Shown here piece after piece: positions 1-10,097 of a stretch of 64,000 nucleotides of DNA (position 1 is its first letter; every line of letters begins with the position of its first letter). The stretch covers positions 31,365 to 95,364 of the forward strand of contig JBDKKJ010000002.1 of the NCBI GenBank assembly GCA_039796155.1, in the 5' to 3' direction. The position numbers were made by a program, and so were the translations under genes. The DNA comes from Candidatus Parcubacteria bacterium. Lineage in GTDB: Bacteria; Patescibacteriota; Minisyncoccia; Phycocordibacterales; UBA6065. Below the pieces are notes generated by a model. That model saw only the letters and a program-made list of their open reading frames with translations. It made no database searches and had not been told where the DNA came from.

Positions 1-1
1 A

Positions 2-559
2 TATGAGTATGAATCATGCTATCACCCTCTTGAACTTGTAGAAGTAGAGGTTATTGGAGTAATACCAAGGAGCGGTACTGGAACAATAGGTACTGTTGAC
101 CCTATAGCAACAGGAGGTGGAACAAATACGGGGGGCACAGCGACTGTACAAAAGACCCTTGACCTTGTGGTTTCATCAACGAATTCTCCTACTCTTACTT
201 CATCAGTTCCGTTTGCGTATGACCTACAGGTCGTAGCAAATCACTCAACTTCAAGCCTTTCTGTCACACACACCTTCAAGAAAAGTGGCCAGAGAATTCT
301 CACGGGCAACATCTTTTCAAGCCTTAGTGTTACAACTCGACGCGGTTCTGGTTCATCGGCGGTTAACTCTGTCCCAGCAAGTTCACAGAGTCTGACGGTC
401 AACAGCATATCAGTGAGCGCTACCGAAAAATTCACTTTTAGTTTTGCTGGTCAGAAAAAACCAGGTATCCCAACGGGTACCTATATAATCGAAAGCGTAC
501 TCTCTGACAGGTTTGGAAATATACTCCAGACCAAGACGACGGACTTCGTAGTACAATAA
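2..559 (+). CDS. 5'-truncated hypothetical surface protein (Ser/Thr-rich, beta-rich C-terminus)
   Basis: Frame of ORF 167..559 is open back to window start; directly upstream of the VirB6-like gene. Confidence 0.6.
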   Translation, partial: YEYESCYHPLELVEVEVIGVIPRSGTGTIGTVDPIATGGGTNTGGTATVQKTLDLVVSSTNSPTLTSSVPFAYDLQVVANHSTSSLSVTHTFKKSGQRILTGNIFSSLSVTTRRGSGSSAVNSVPASSQSLTVNSISVSATEKFTFSFAGQKKPGIPTGTYIIESVLSDRFGNILQTKTTDFVVQ

Positions 560-565
560 ACCCAA

Positions 566-2944
566 ATGCGACGATTCTTCCTTAAACATAAAGCAGTAAT
601 CTCGACACTCTGTATTGTTGCAGTGCTCTTGATTGCGCCCCATTTTGCGCACGCTCTTGTAAATCCTTTTAGTTCTGTAGACATCATCACGTCTTTTGTC
701 ACTGGAGGTGTTGGGCTTCTCCTTGAAGTGCTCATACTTCCTTTGGCATCTGGAATGCTAGCGCTTGGAGGACTTCTTCTTGATGTGGCGATTAACTTTA
801 GCCTCCATACCGCATATATCTTTAGTCTTTCACCAGCAATTAATCTTGGTTGGACTATTGTACGAGACCTCTGCAACATCTTCTTTATATTCGTACTTAT
901 ATATATCAGCCTTGGAACAATTGTCCGCGGTACAAGTTTTGGAACAAAAGATTTACTTACAAAAGTAATTATTGCTGCTCTTGTGATCAATTTTAGTCTT
1001 TTTATTACGAAAGCAGTTGTTGACGTAAGCAACGTGTTCGGACTTTGGCTTTACGGTGGAATCAAAAACTCCCTTGTAGCAAACTCATTAGATGCAAGTA
1101 AGCCGGCGAGTTTGAGCGATCTAATTAGTACACGTTTAGGGGTAATACAGTTCCTTAGACTCGGAACAAACGCAACTGAGAACGCTAGTGCGGCCAAGAC
1201 AGTATCTGAGGGACTTACAAGTCCAAGTCAAAGCTTTGTTGCACGAATATTACGTCTCGCAGTTATCCTTATTGCCACATATATATTCTTTTATTGTGCG
1301 ATTATATTCATCGCACGAAGTGTTACGCTTCTTTTCCTTATGGTATTTTCGCCAATAGGATTTATGGGTGATGTGTTGCCGCAGTTGAAAGAATACGCAA
1401 ACGACTGGAGAAAAGAACTTACGAGCGCAGCCATGTTTCCTGTTGCGTTCTTACTAATGCTTTACATCGCACTACAGTTTATTAATAGCCTAGGAGTTCT
1501 TGTTAAAGATCAAATAACAGATCAGTCAGTTATCGGAGGAGTAAGTATTTCAATATACTTCCAGTATTTTATTGTAATCATGCTTCTTAAGGCCTGCCTT
1601 GAAGTTGCAAAAGACAACGAAGGAAAAATGGGGAAGGCGATGGGCGGATTGGCGGATGGTCTTGGAAAGTTGGCTGTGAGGGCCGGAGTGGCAGCTGCTT
1701 CTGGCGGTTCGGCACTTGCAATTCGAGCCGGCCTTGCGGCAGCGACCGCAAAAACAGGAGAGGGTTGGAAAGCAGCAAAAGATACCCTACCACCATCACC
1801 GCGATTTATTGAAAGCTTCAAAAAAGATGGGTTTGCAGCCGCGGGCAAAGATATATTTGACAGCACAGTAAAAGCGGCAAAGTCTGGTACTTGGGATGTG
1901 CGTAATGCAAAAATACCCGGTATAGGTAAAGCAACTCTTGGTAGTACTCTTGGTAACCTCGTGGGCGTAGAATTAAATGCCCAGACTGCAAAGGAACTCA
2001 AAGAAACTCGTGGAGAGTGGGCTGAGGAGCGAAAAGTTGAAGAAAAAAATCAGGAAATTCTTGCACAGATTCGAGACATCGAAGATGCAAAGGCATCATA
2101 TGAACGATCAAGAAAGACAACTGTCGATAAAAAATTGCTTGACGACAAAGTTAAGGACGCAAAGGGTAAAATGTCTGACGCGTCTTCAAGTCTATCAAAC
2201 AAGCAACTTGAAAAACTTGGAAAAAGTACGCTTTCCAACGAACACTTTATTCAGTCTATTTCGCAAAACCAGGCAGAGCATCTTGCTGAAAAAACTGAAG
2301 CATCAGATGATGATAAGGCAGAAGTTTGGAAATATAGACTTTCAGACGTTAGTGAAGCACTTAAACCTGGAGGTACTGGTGATGTTAGCAAGGCAATAAA
2401 AAATCATTCAGATAAAGAACTTGAGAATTTGCCACCAGAGGCTCTTAAAGACCTTAAATTTGTTAGCGCTTCAAACATGAATTATGAGAAGTTTAATAAT
2501 CTCATGAAGAGCACAAAGATAAGTAACGCAACGAAGGCGGAAATGAAAAAGCTACGATATCAAGCGTTCTACGAGGCGATAAAATCAAGAAAATACGACG
2601 ATGTTGAGAAGGAACTTAAAGATTTGGAGGCTCCTGAAATCGCAAAGATGGACTGGATCAAGAAAGAAGATGACGGTACGGAATTCAGAGCGCTTGCGAA
2701 CCCTGAGGTACTTTACCGTCTAGACACAAAAACACTTGGTAAGATGTATGAGGAACTCAGCACAAGCCAACTTGCTGATGTCAGACTAGCGATAGAAGCG
2801 GTCGTTACTCGCACTCCAAAACCAGGAAATTCTGACAAGTTTACCCACACTGCTAGCGCTTCAATTACGAACACGGCAATGCGTAAACGTCTTGAAAAAA
2901 CCTCTGAATGGCTACTTACAAATAACATAGGTAAAGAATTCTAA
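566..2944 (+). CDS. VirB6/TrbL-like polytopic membrane protein with long charged helical C-terminus
   Basis: Signal-like N-terminus ending AHA, multiple TM segments, GWTIVRDLCN and VIIAALVINFS motifs typical of CPR T4SS-like membrane proteins, Gly/Ala-rich linker. Confidence 0.65.
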   Translation: MRRFFLKHKAVISTLCIVAVLLIAPHFAHALVNPFSSVDIITSFVTGGVGLLLEVLILPLASGMLALGGLLLDVAINFSLHTAYIFSLSPAINLGWTIVRDLCNIFFIFVLIYISLGTIVRGTSFGTKDLLTKVIIAALVINFSLFITKAVVDVSNVFGLWLYGGIKNSLVANSLDASKPASLSDLISTRLGVIQFLRLGTNATENASAAKTVSEGLTSPSQSFVARILRLAVILIATYIFFYCAIIFIARSVTLLFLMVFSPIGFMGDVLPQLKEYANDWRKELTSAAMFPVAFLLMLYIALQFINSLGVLVKDQITDQSVIGGVSISIYFQYFIVIMLLKACLEVAKDNEGKMGKAMGGLADGLGKLAVRAGVAAASGGSALAIRAGLAAATAKTGEGWKAAKDTLPPSPRFIESFKKDGFAAAGKDIFDSTVKAAKSGTWDVRNAKIPGIGKATLGSTLGNLVGVELNAQTAKELKETRGEWAEERKVEEKNQEILAQIRDIEDAKASYERSRKTTVDKKLLDDKVKDAKGKMSDASSSLSNKQLEKLGKSTLSNEHFIQSISQNQAEHLAEKTEASDDDKAEVWKYRLSDVSEALKPGGTGDVSKAIKNHSDKELENLPPEALKDLKFVSASNMNYEKFNNLMKSTKISNATKAEMKKLRYQAFYEAIKSRKYDDVEKELKDLEAPEIAKMDWIKKEDDGTEFRALANPEVLYRLDTKTLGKMYEELSTSQLADVRLAIEAVVTRTPKPGNSDKFTHTASASITNTAMRKRLEKTSEWLLTNNIGKEF

Positions 2945-2948
2945 ATTT

Positions 2949-3581
2949 ATGGACTTTTCAAAAGATCAAAAAAAGGAGGCCTATAAAAATCTCAACGAGA
3001 GACAAAAAGAGTTTGTTTCTTCTGAGAGTGTTAGTCAGACCCTTCAAGCGATAGGGGAAAGACAAGGATTTCTTCTTGATAAAACAGGAATTCTAAGTGA
3101 CGTAGTCTTTGCTGCACTTCTGGGGCTGGTAAAGATTACTGAAATAAACTCTGTGATCGAAAGCAAGCTTGGGATTTCTGGACAGAAACAACAGGATCTA
3201 CTTAATGATATAAATGAAAAGATATTTTTGCCATTTAGACAGGTTCTCGTAGAAGGTACTACCCCCACTGAAGAAAAAATTGAGCGCGTAAGCACTAGCA
3301 CCGAACCCAATCGCGAAGACATCCTCGCTGAAATTGAAAACCCAACACCAACCGTTCACCCTATATCTATAGCCGATCACACCATTGCAGGACCGGCACA
3401 ACCTCTTGAAATCACCCCTCCTGCAACTGAAACAAAAGAGGCTGTTGCTCAAGCCTTTATTGGAAGCAAACTCACTGAAACAGTAAACCTACCTTCACAA
3501 AAAGCAGTCGTAACCCTCAAGGCGCCTGAAGTAAAGCCTAAAAACTACGGCCCAGACCCTTATAGAGAGTCGATTATGTAA
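2949..3581 (+). CDS. hypothetical protein (C-terminal DPYRE motif)
   Basis: 210-aa ORF 4 nt downstream of previous gene; ends PDPYRESIM; followed by terminator. Confidence 0.7.
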   Translation: MDFSKDQKKEAYKNLNERQKEFVSSESVSQTLQAIGERQGFLLDKTGILSDVVFAALLGLVKITEINSVIESKLGISGQKQQDLLNDINEKIFLPFRQVLVEGTTPTEEKIERVSTSTEPNREDILAEIENPTPTVHPISIADHTIAGPAQPLEITPPATETKEAVAQAFIGSKLTETVNLPSQKAVVTLKAPEVKPKNYGPDPYRESIM

Positions 3582-3582
3582 G

Positions 3583-3625
3583 AAAACACAGACCTCACTG
3601 TATTACAATGAGGTCTGTGTTTTTT
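3583..3625 (+). terminator. intrinsic terminator
   Basis: AAAACACAGACCTCA / TGAGGTCTGTGTTTT inverted repeat with T-run. Confidence 0.7.
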
Positions 3626-3641
3626 GAGGTATAATAATTCT

Positions 3642-4076
3642 ATGAGATTTCAAGTTCCTCAATTCATCGAAGTCGAAGACAAAATATTCGGTCCACTCAC
3701 TCTCAAACAATTCATATATCTCCTTGGTGGGGCAGGACTTTCCTTTATTCTTTACAGTTTTATAGGTAACCTCTATATCAGTATCTTTTTTATACTTCCC
3801 GTAATTGGCTTTAGTCTGACATTGGCGTTCTACAAAATAAATAACAAGCCATTTATTAATGTCGTCGAGGCAGCCTTCAATTATTACGTTGGAAACAAGC
3901 TCTATATTTGGAAACACGTTGAAAAACCGATCATAGCCAAAGAACAGGCCGTAGAATCTGCACCAGACTTCTATGTACCAAAGCTTTCTGACTCAAAACT
4001 AAAAGATCTTACCTGGTCACTGGACATTAAGCAGAGTCAAAATCCTGCACAACGAGCAGGCAAACAAACGTTCTAG
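3642..4076 (+). CDS. PrgI-family membrane protein
   Basis: MRFQVPQFIEVEDKIFGPLTLKQF N-terminus and two TM helices; ATG 3642 lies 6 nt after TATAAT. Confidence 0.8.
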   Translation: MRFQVPQFIEVEDKIFGPLTLKQFIYLLGGAGLSFILYSFIGNLYISIFFILPVIGFSLTLAFYKINNKPFINVVEAAFNYYVGNKLYIWKHVEKPIIAKEQAVESAPDFYVPKLSDSKLKDLTWSLDIKQSQNPAQRAGKQTF

Positions 4077-4097
4077 TATACTTATCTTATAAATCCC

Positions 4098-4733
4098 ATG
4101 GCAGTCAACGCAAAAACAACACAAGAGTTCGTTCCCATCAAAGAAATCCGACAAGGAATGATTATCCTTAAGGATGATTCTATGCGCGCTATTGTCATGG
4201 CTTCTTCTCTCAACTTTGCACTCAAGTCTGCAGATGAGCAGCAGTCGATTATCATGCAGTTTCAGAACTTCCTCAACTCTCTCGATTTTACAGTACAAAT
4301 ATTTATTCAATCACGAAAACTCGACATCAGGCCGTATATAGCCCTCTTGGAAGGGAGACTCAAGGAACAAATGAGTGATCTTCTTAAAATCCAGACCCGT
4401 GAATACATTGCCTTCATAAAAAACTTTACTGAAAACTCAAACATTATGACAAAGTCATTCTTTGTTGTGGTTCCATACTCACCGGCAGCACTTACCGCCG
4501 GGGGAGTGACAGATGTCTTTAGTAAAAAGAAAACCTCAGCAGAAAGTGCTGAGAAGAAGATTGCTGACTTTGAAGAACACCGAAGCCAGCTCGAACAGCG
4601 CGTGAGCGTTGTTACACAAGGACTTGTCCGCTGTGGTATTCGTACCGTTGAATTAGGAACAGAAGAGATTGTTGAACTCTTCTACAAGATCTTCAATCCC
4701 GGAGATACTGAAAAGCCAATACCGCTAACATAA
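4098..4733 (+). CDS. TraC/VirB4 N-terminal-like protein
   Basis: NFALKSADEQ...FLNSLDF.VQIFIQSR motif; between PrgI and VirB4. Confidence 0.7.
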   Translation: MAVNAKTTQEFVPIKEIRQGMIILKDDSMRAIVMASSLNFALKSADEQQSIIMQFQNFLNSLDFTVQIFIQSRKLDIRPYIALLEGRLKEQMSDLLKIQTREYIAFIKNFTENSNIMTKSFFVVVPYSPAALTAGGVTDVFSKKKTSAESAEKKIADFEEHRSQLEQRVSVVTQGLVRCGIRTVELGTEEIVELFYKIFNPGDTEKPIPLT

Positions 4734-4737
4734 AACT

Positions 4738-6543
4738 ATGGGAATATTTGATTTTTTAAAAAAGAAGCAGAATCGGGTAAACATTGCACCAATCCTCCCA
4801 CAGGAAATCTATGAGGCTGGTGTTTTGGAACTCAAAGACGTTATTGCCCCGTCTGCTTTAAAGGTAAGTCCTCGTGAACTCTCGCTCGGAGACAAAATTG
4901 TCCGTTCTTTCTTTGTTATTTCATATCCACGATTCCTTGGAGAGAGCTGGTTTGCACCAATCATCAACCTCGATAAAGTTTTTAACATTTCTATATTCGT
5001 ACATCCGGTAGAAACAGCAAAAGTTCTCCGTCAGTTTCAGAAAAAAGTAGCTGAAGTACAAAGCCAGATCTCGATCAGAGAGCAGAAGGGACTTGTACGT
5101 GATCCAATGCTTGATACCGCATACCAAGACCTTGAAAACCTCCGCGACCAGCTTCAGCAAGCACAGGAAAAGCTTTTTGATGTGGGTGTCTATATCTCGA
5201 TATACGGAGAAAACGAGGCAGAGCTTGATAAAACAGAGTCTGAAATCAAATCAATCCTCGAATCAAAGCTCGTGTATGTAAAGCCAGCACTCTTCCAACA
5301 AGAGCAGGGCTATAAGAGTAACCTTCCAACAGCAACCGATGAATTGATGGTTCATTCAAAGCTGAATTCATCTCCACTTTCATCGCTCTTTCCATTTATT
5401 TCATTCGACCTCACGTCTGACAAGGGAATTCTGTACGGTATAAACCGACACAACTCATCACTGGTTTTGTTCGATCGTTTCTCTCTTGAAAACTACAACT
5501 CTATTACCTTTGCAAAATCTGGTGCTGGAAAATCATATACAGTGAAGCTTGAAATTCTTCGAACACTTATGTTCGATACCGACGTGATTGTTATTGACCC
5601 TGAAAGGGAATATGAAAACCTCGCCGAGGCAACGGGCGGTAAATACTTTAATATTTCTCTCAACTCTGAACACCATATCAACCCTTTTGACCTGCCAATT
5701 CCTCGTGAAGACGAATCTGGTGCTGATGTACTCCGTTCAAACATCATAAACCTCGTAGGTCTGTTCCGTATTATGATGGGGGGCCTCACTCCTGAGGAGG
5801 ATGCCATTGTTGACCGTGCTATTTCAGAGACCTATGCCCTCAAAGACATTACTCCTGACTCTGATTTCCGTGGAACTGAGCCACCACTCCTGTCTGATTT
5901 CGAACTCGTGCTTGCTGGTATGGAAGGTGGGGAATCCCTCGTCCAAAGACTGACAAAATACACCAAAGGTACCTGGTCTGGCTTTATCAACCGTCCTACC
6001 AACGTAGATATCGGTGCAAAATTCATTGTATTTTCACTGCGTGACATGGAAGAAGAGCTCAAGCCGGTGGCTATGTATATCGTCATGCGCTATATCCAGA
6101 CAGCGGTGATGAAAAACCTCAAAAAGCGCCTCCTGGTCATCGATGAGGCGTGGTGGATGATGAAATCTGAGGATACCGCATCATTCCTCCTGGGTTTGGC
6201 TAAACGAGGCCGTAAACACTACCTCGGTATTGCAACAATCACTCAGGATGTGGATGACTTCCTCAAATCACCCTATGGTCTCCCCATTATTACCAACTCA
6301 TCTATACAGGTTCTCCTTAAACAGTCACCGTCATCTATAGACAAGCTTCAGCAAGTATTCAATCTTACTGATGAAGAAAAATATCTCTTGCTCGAATCTG
6401 ATGTAGGGGAGGGTATATTCTTTGTAGGGCTCAAACATGTGGCTATAAAAATCATTGCTTCATATACCGAAGACCAAATCATCACCTCAGACCCATCGCA
6501 AATCCTGGCAATAAAAGAAGCAAAGAGAAATAATCAGCAGTAA
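4738..6543 (+). CDS. VirB4-like ATPase
   Basis: Walker A AKSGAGKS, IVIDPEREY, Walker B LLVIDEAW, ITQDVDDF. Confidence 0.9.
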   Translation: MGIFDFLKKKQNRVNIAPILPQEIYEAGVLELKDVIAPSALKVSPRELSLGDKIVRSFFVISYPRFLGESWFAPIINLDKVFNISIFVHPVETAKVLRQFQKKVAEVQSQISIREQKGLVRDPMLDTAYQDLENLRDQLQQAQEKLFDVGVYISIYGENEAELDKTESEIKSILESKLVYVKPALFQQEQGYKSNLPTATDELMVHSKLNSSPLSSLFPFISFDLTSDKGILYGINRHNSSLVLFDRFSLENYNSITFAKSGAGKSYTVKLEILRTLMFDTDVIVIDPEREYENLAEATGGKYFNISLNSEHHINPFDLPIPREDESGADVLRSNIINLVGLFRIMMGGLTPEEDAIVDRAISETYALKDITPDSDFRGTEPPLLSDFELVLAGMEGGESLVQRLTKYTKGTWSGFINRPTNVDIGAKFIVFSLRDMEEELKPVAMYIVMRYIQTAVMKNLKKRLLVIDEAWWMMKSEDTASFLLGLAKRGRKHYLGIATITQDVDDFLKSPYGLPIITNSSIQVLLKQSPSSIDKLQQVFNLTDEEKYLLLESDVGEGIFFVGLKHVAIKIIASYTEDQIITSDPSQILAIKEAKRNNQQ

Positions 6544-6597
6544 AACAAAAGCCACCTCTACACAGGTGGCTTTGTGCTCTTGTGGTACAATAATTAC

Positions 6598-7593
6598 ATG
6601 TTTCGCGCGTTAAAAAGCACATTATTCTCTCTCTTTATATTTTCTTCTTTCTTTCTCTCTGTACATGCCCAGAGCGTGCCTGGTATCAGTGATCCTGTAA
6701 CATTCCGAATGGTTCCTGAGTATCCAAACCCAAATCAAAGAGTGACACTCACCGCCCAAAGCTTTAATACAGACCTTAATAAGGCAATTTTTAAATGGTT
6801 TGTTAACGATAGGGTGTACAAAGAGGGTGTTGGCATTAAAGAAATAGACATAAACAGTGGTAACGCAGGATCTTTTACAGCAGTACGTGTTCAGATTAAA
6901 ACTCCAGATTTTGGAACTATTGAAAATGCATTCTCGTTTAGACCAGCTGAGGTTACGTTGTTATATGAGGCAGATACGTACACTCCTCCGTTTTATAAAG
7001 TAAAAGCACTCCACTCTTTTAATGGTGCTTTTAAAGTAACGGCCATTCCTGAATTTTTTGATGTGAGTGGCAAAAGAATAAATCCAAAAGATCTTATTTA
7101 TACCTGGAAGAAAAACGGCGAGGTAGTAGGAGCGGCTTCAGGTTTTGGAAAGGATTCGTATATCGCTTCTCAAACAAGCTACCTTCGCGATGGGGAAGAG
7201 GTAAGTGTTGAGGTGTCCTCACCACGTGAAAGCCTTGCAGGTTCAGCTTTTATAACCATAAAGCCGAGTGTGCCGGAAATCATATTCTATGAAAACAGTC
7301 CACTCTATGGGGTTGTATACGAGAAGGCTCTTCAGAGTACTTATAGACTTATAGACGAAGAATTTACTCTTCGCGCAGAACCGTTGAGCATGTCTACAGA
7401 CAATCCACTTTCAGGACTCCTTTCACTTACTTGGGACATGAACGGATCAACCGTCTCAAATTTTAGTAATAAAAATGAGATTACTCTTCGTAAAACAGGT
7501 ACAACTGGTGGGCGATCAAGTGTGAGTCTTGTGGTTCAAAACAAACGAAAGGTACTTCAGGGAGCGGAGGCGAGCATAATGATACTTCAATGA
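6598..7593 (+). CDS. secreted Ig-like-repeat hypothetical protein
   Basis: Signal peptide ending VHA; repeated F/Y-x-W beta-strand motifs; start chosen 6 nt after TACAAT. Confidence 0.65.
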   Translation: MFRALKSTLFSLFIFSSFFLSVHAQSVPGISDPVTFRMVPEYPNPNQRVTLTAQSFNTDLNKAIFKWFVNDRVYKEGVGIKEIDINSGNAGSFTAVRVQIKTPDFGTIENAFSFRPAEVTLLYEADTYTPPFYKVKALHSFNGAFKVTAIPEFFDVSGKRINPKDLIYTWKKNGEVVGAASGFGKDSYIASQTSYLRDGEEVSVEVSSPRESLAGSAFITIKPSVPEIIFYENSPLYGVVYEKALQSTYRLIDEEFTLRAEPLSMSTDNPLSGLLSLTWDMNGSTVSNFSNKNEITLRKTGTTGGRSSVSLVVQNKRKVLQGAEASIMILQ

Positions 7594-8753
7594 TTAAAAG
7601 AAACTCACAAACCATAATAAAGAAAATATCAGTAGGAGTAGTTTTTTCTGTCTTTATTTTCCTTAATATTTCTTTTACACAAATTGCATTAGCACAGACT
7701 GATCCTCAAAAAGACCCTCGACAGTATGTTGCGCTTACAACCATCCCTGGTTTTACCATCGGTTGTAAACCATCAGCAGATGGTAGTACAACGGCCTGTC
7801 CCTCAATAAACCCAGTTGATAAAATAGTAAATATTTACGGTGTAGCCATTGGTATAGCAGCCATTCTTGCGGTTGTTAGGATTATCATAGCAGGACTCAA
7901 ATACGCAACCACAGAAGCAATAGACGGTAAGTCAGATGCTAAAGACACTTGGCAGGGGGCCTTCTACGGCCTTGGTCTGCTCCTTGTTTCATTTCTTCTG
8001 CTTCGTACTATTAATATTGATTTAGTGAACGTAAATCTGCACCTTGGCACACCATTTGTTGACAACACTGAAGGCGCTAGAGTTGCATCAAGACTCCTCA
8101 CTTCAGCCGCAAGAAAGATAGAAGAGAATGCAGAAAAAATTACTACCGCAATTTCAACACAAAGAGCTGTAATAGAGACTGCTGAACAAAATCTTGAAGC
8201 AGCTAAAACCTCTGGTGACCCAGAAAAGATTGCTGTGGCGCAGAATACCTTGAACACAGCACAAGCAACAGCGGTAACAGTTGCCAAGTCGGTAATTAAA
8301 GACACAAATAGCCTTGTGGATTCGTCAATTACGGCCGCTGAATCATTTATACCTACAGGTGTAGAGAAGTCTTTAAAGGGTGAGTTTTCAACAAAAGTTA
8401 ATCAAATAGATACCGCACTGGATAACGCTATTGCAACTTTAGAGAAACAAAAAAGCGCGGCAACAACCGACACAGAGAAACGAGTAATTGATATAGCGAT
8501 CAAGAATGTGGCTGATAAAAAAATAATGACAGATGTTGGATTAGACGCCGCATGGAGAACCTCAAGTAACATAAAATACGCTTCGACTCAGACTGATTCA
8601 TTGGCTGCATTTCAGCAATCTCTCATTAATCAAAGAAACTCTACGCTTGCTAGAGTTAGCGACAAAAACTCTGTGGACGCAATCAACTTCCAGAGAAATA
8701 TGAACACCCTTATTTTAAAGATTGGAAACGTTATTAACTCTCCGACAAAATAA
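7590..8753 (+). CDS. CPR-type pilin-like protein with long helical C-terminal extension
   Basis: Signal peptide, Cys pair, two TMs with GLKYATT...K.DAK...GA..GL.LLL.S.LLL.TIN pilin-like motif. Confidence 0.6.
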   Translation: MIKRNSQTIIKKISVGVVFSVFIFLNISFTQIALAQTDPQKDPRQYVALTTIPGFTIGCKPSADGSTTACPSINPVDKIVNIYGVAIGIAAILAVVRIIIAGLKYATTEAIDGKSDAKDTWQGAFYGLGLLLVSFLLLRTINIDLVNVNLHLGTPFVDNTEGARVASRLLTSAARKIEENAEKITTAISTQRAVIETAEQNLEAAKTSGDPEKIAVAQNTLNTAQATAVTVAKSVIKDTNSLVDSSITAAESFIPTGVEKSLKGEFSTKVNQIDTALDNAIATLEKQKSAATTDTEKRVIDIAIKNVADKKIMTDVGLDAAWRTSSNIKYASTQTDSLAAFQQSLINQRNSTLARVSDKNSVDAINFQRNMNTLILKIGNVINSPTK

Positions 8754-8754
8754 G

Positions 8755-9987
8755 ATGTCAAAAAAATCCTTCATATTTTTAATACTCATCATTCTAATCA
8801 TTTTTGGTTTGATTGGTTGGTATTTATACACAACAAAGACAGGTCCACAGGGTACAACTCCAGGTACCACGAATAATGATGATCTTTTTCCTTTTGGTCC
8901 CGGTGGAACAAATAATCAAAACAATGGAACCTCAACATCTGGTGGGGGAGATGGGTTTGTGGATCTCTCAGTAAACGGAGAAGTACGTCTTCCACGACTT
9001 CGCCAGATATCTTTTGTTCCTACAGCAGGTGCAACAGCTTCTTCAACCGCATCTTCAACAATTATTCGTTACATGGAGCGTGCAACGGGACATATTTATG
9101 AAACAGATAGTGAAAATCCAAAGGTGACAAAAATCTCTACTATAACTATTCCAAAAGTGCACGAAGCTCTCTTCACCGCAGACTCAACAAAACTTCTTGT
9201 GCGTTACCTTAACGATTCAACAGGTGCAGTGAGAACTTTCTACGCAAAGATAGCAACAACCACACGCCCAGAACAAGCTATAGAAGGTCTCTTTCTTACA
9301 GATGACATTAAAGATGTAACGGTTTTTGGTAACAAAATCTTCTATCTTTTATGGAGCGATACAAATGAACAGGGGATAGTGTCTGATATGGATGGAAGTT
9401 ACAAAACAGTGGTATTTAATTCGTCATTCGGTGAGTGGACCGCAAACTGGACTTCACAAAATATTATTAACCTATCTTCAAAGCCAAGCAGCGCCGCTCG
9501 TGGTGCTTCGTACATTCTTAACCCGGGAACAGGTAACTATACAAAAATGGTTGGAGACCTTAACGGTCTTGAAACCGTGGCAAATAATGACGGTTCTCTC
9601 ATACTTGTTTCGAACAGCACGACAAATTACTACAGCGCCTCGATTCTTGAAACCAAAACAGGAAAGACCCAAAGACTTGGTCTTTCAACACTCGCTGGAA
9701 AATGTGTATGGAGTAAGAAAGATATAACCACTATTTACTGCGCCGTACCTAAAGAAGCTAACCGAGGATCATATCCTGACGATTGGTATAAAGGTAAAAT
9801 GTCATTCGACGACAGTCTTTGGAAAATAAATGCGGTCAGTGGTGAAACAACCGAAATTCTTACCCCGGAACTCAGCACAGGAACCTCAATGGATATAATG
9901 AAGCTTAGTCTCGACCAGAAGGAGAATGTGATCCTCTTTACGAACAAGAAGGATATGACGACATGGAGATACAATCTCGTAGAATAA
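8755..9987 (+). CDS. membrane-anchored hypothetical protein (probable beta-propeller)
   Basis: N-terminal TM, Gly/Thr/Asn linker, KCVWS...IYCAVP and YPDDWYKG motifs. Confidence 0.65.
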   Translation: MSKKSFIFLILIILIIFGLIGWYLYTTKTGPQGTTPGTTNNDDLFPFGPGGTNNQNNGTSTSGGGDGFVDLSVNGEVRLPRLRQISFVPTAGATASSTASSTIIRYMERATGHIYETDSENPKVTKISTITIPKVHEALFTADSTKLLVRYLNDSTGAVRTFYAKIATTTRPEQAIEGLFLTDDIKDVTVFGNKIFYLLWSDTNEQGIVSDMDGSYKTVVFNSSFGEWTANWTSQNIINLSSKPSSAARGASYILNPGTGNYTKMVGDLNGLETVANNDGSLILVSNSTTNYYSASILETKTGKTQRLGLSTLAGKCVWSKKDITTIYCAVPKEANRGSYPDDWYKGKMSFDDSLWKINAVSGETTEILTPELSTGTSMDIMKLSLDQKENVILFTNKKDMTTWRYNLVE

Positions 9988-10021
9988 AGACTTCTCTCGC
10001 AAGCTTTGCTTGCCCGTCCTC

Positions 10022-10063
10022 AACAAAAAATCCGTCAAAGAGAGCCTTGACGGATTTTTTGTT
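10022..10063. terminator. bidirectional terminator inside a larger nested palindrome
   Basis: AACAAAAAATCCGTCAA / TTGACGGATTTTTTGTT between convergent genes. Confidence 0.7.
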
Positions 10064-10097
10064 TGCGGGGGCGCGCTCAGTCTTGCGAAAGATGTCC

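Noticed and set aside
9988-10096. Nested palindrome as a MITE/REP element
   Set aside because: Single copy in the window between convergent genes; a bidirectional terminator explains it
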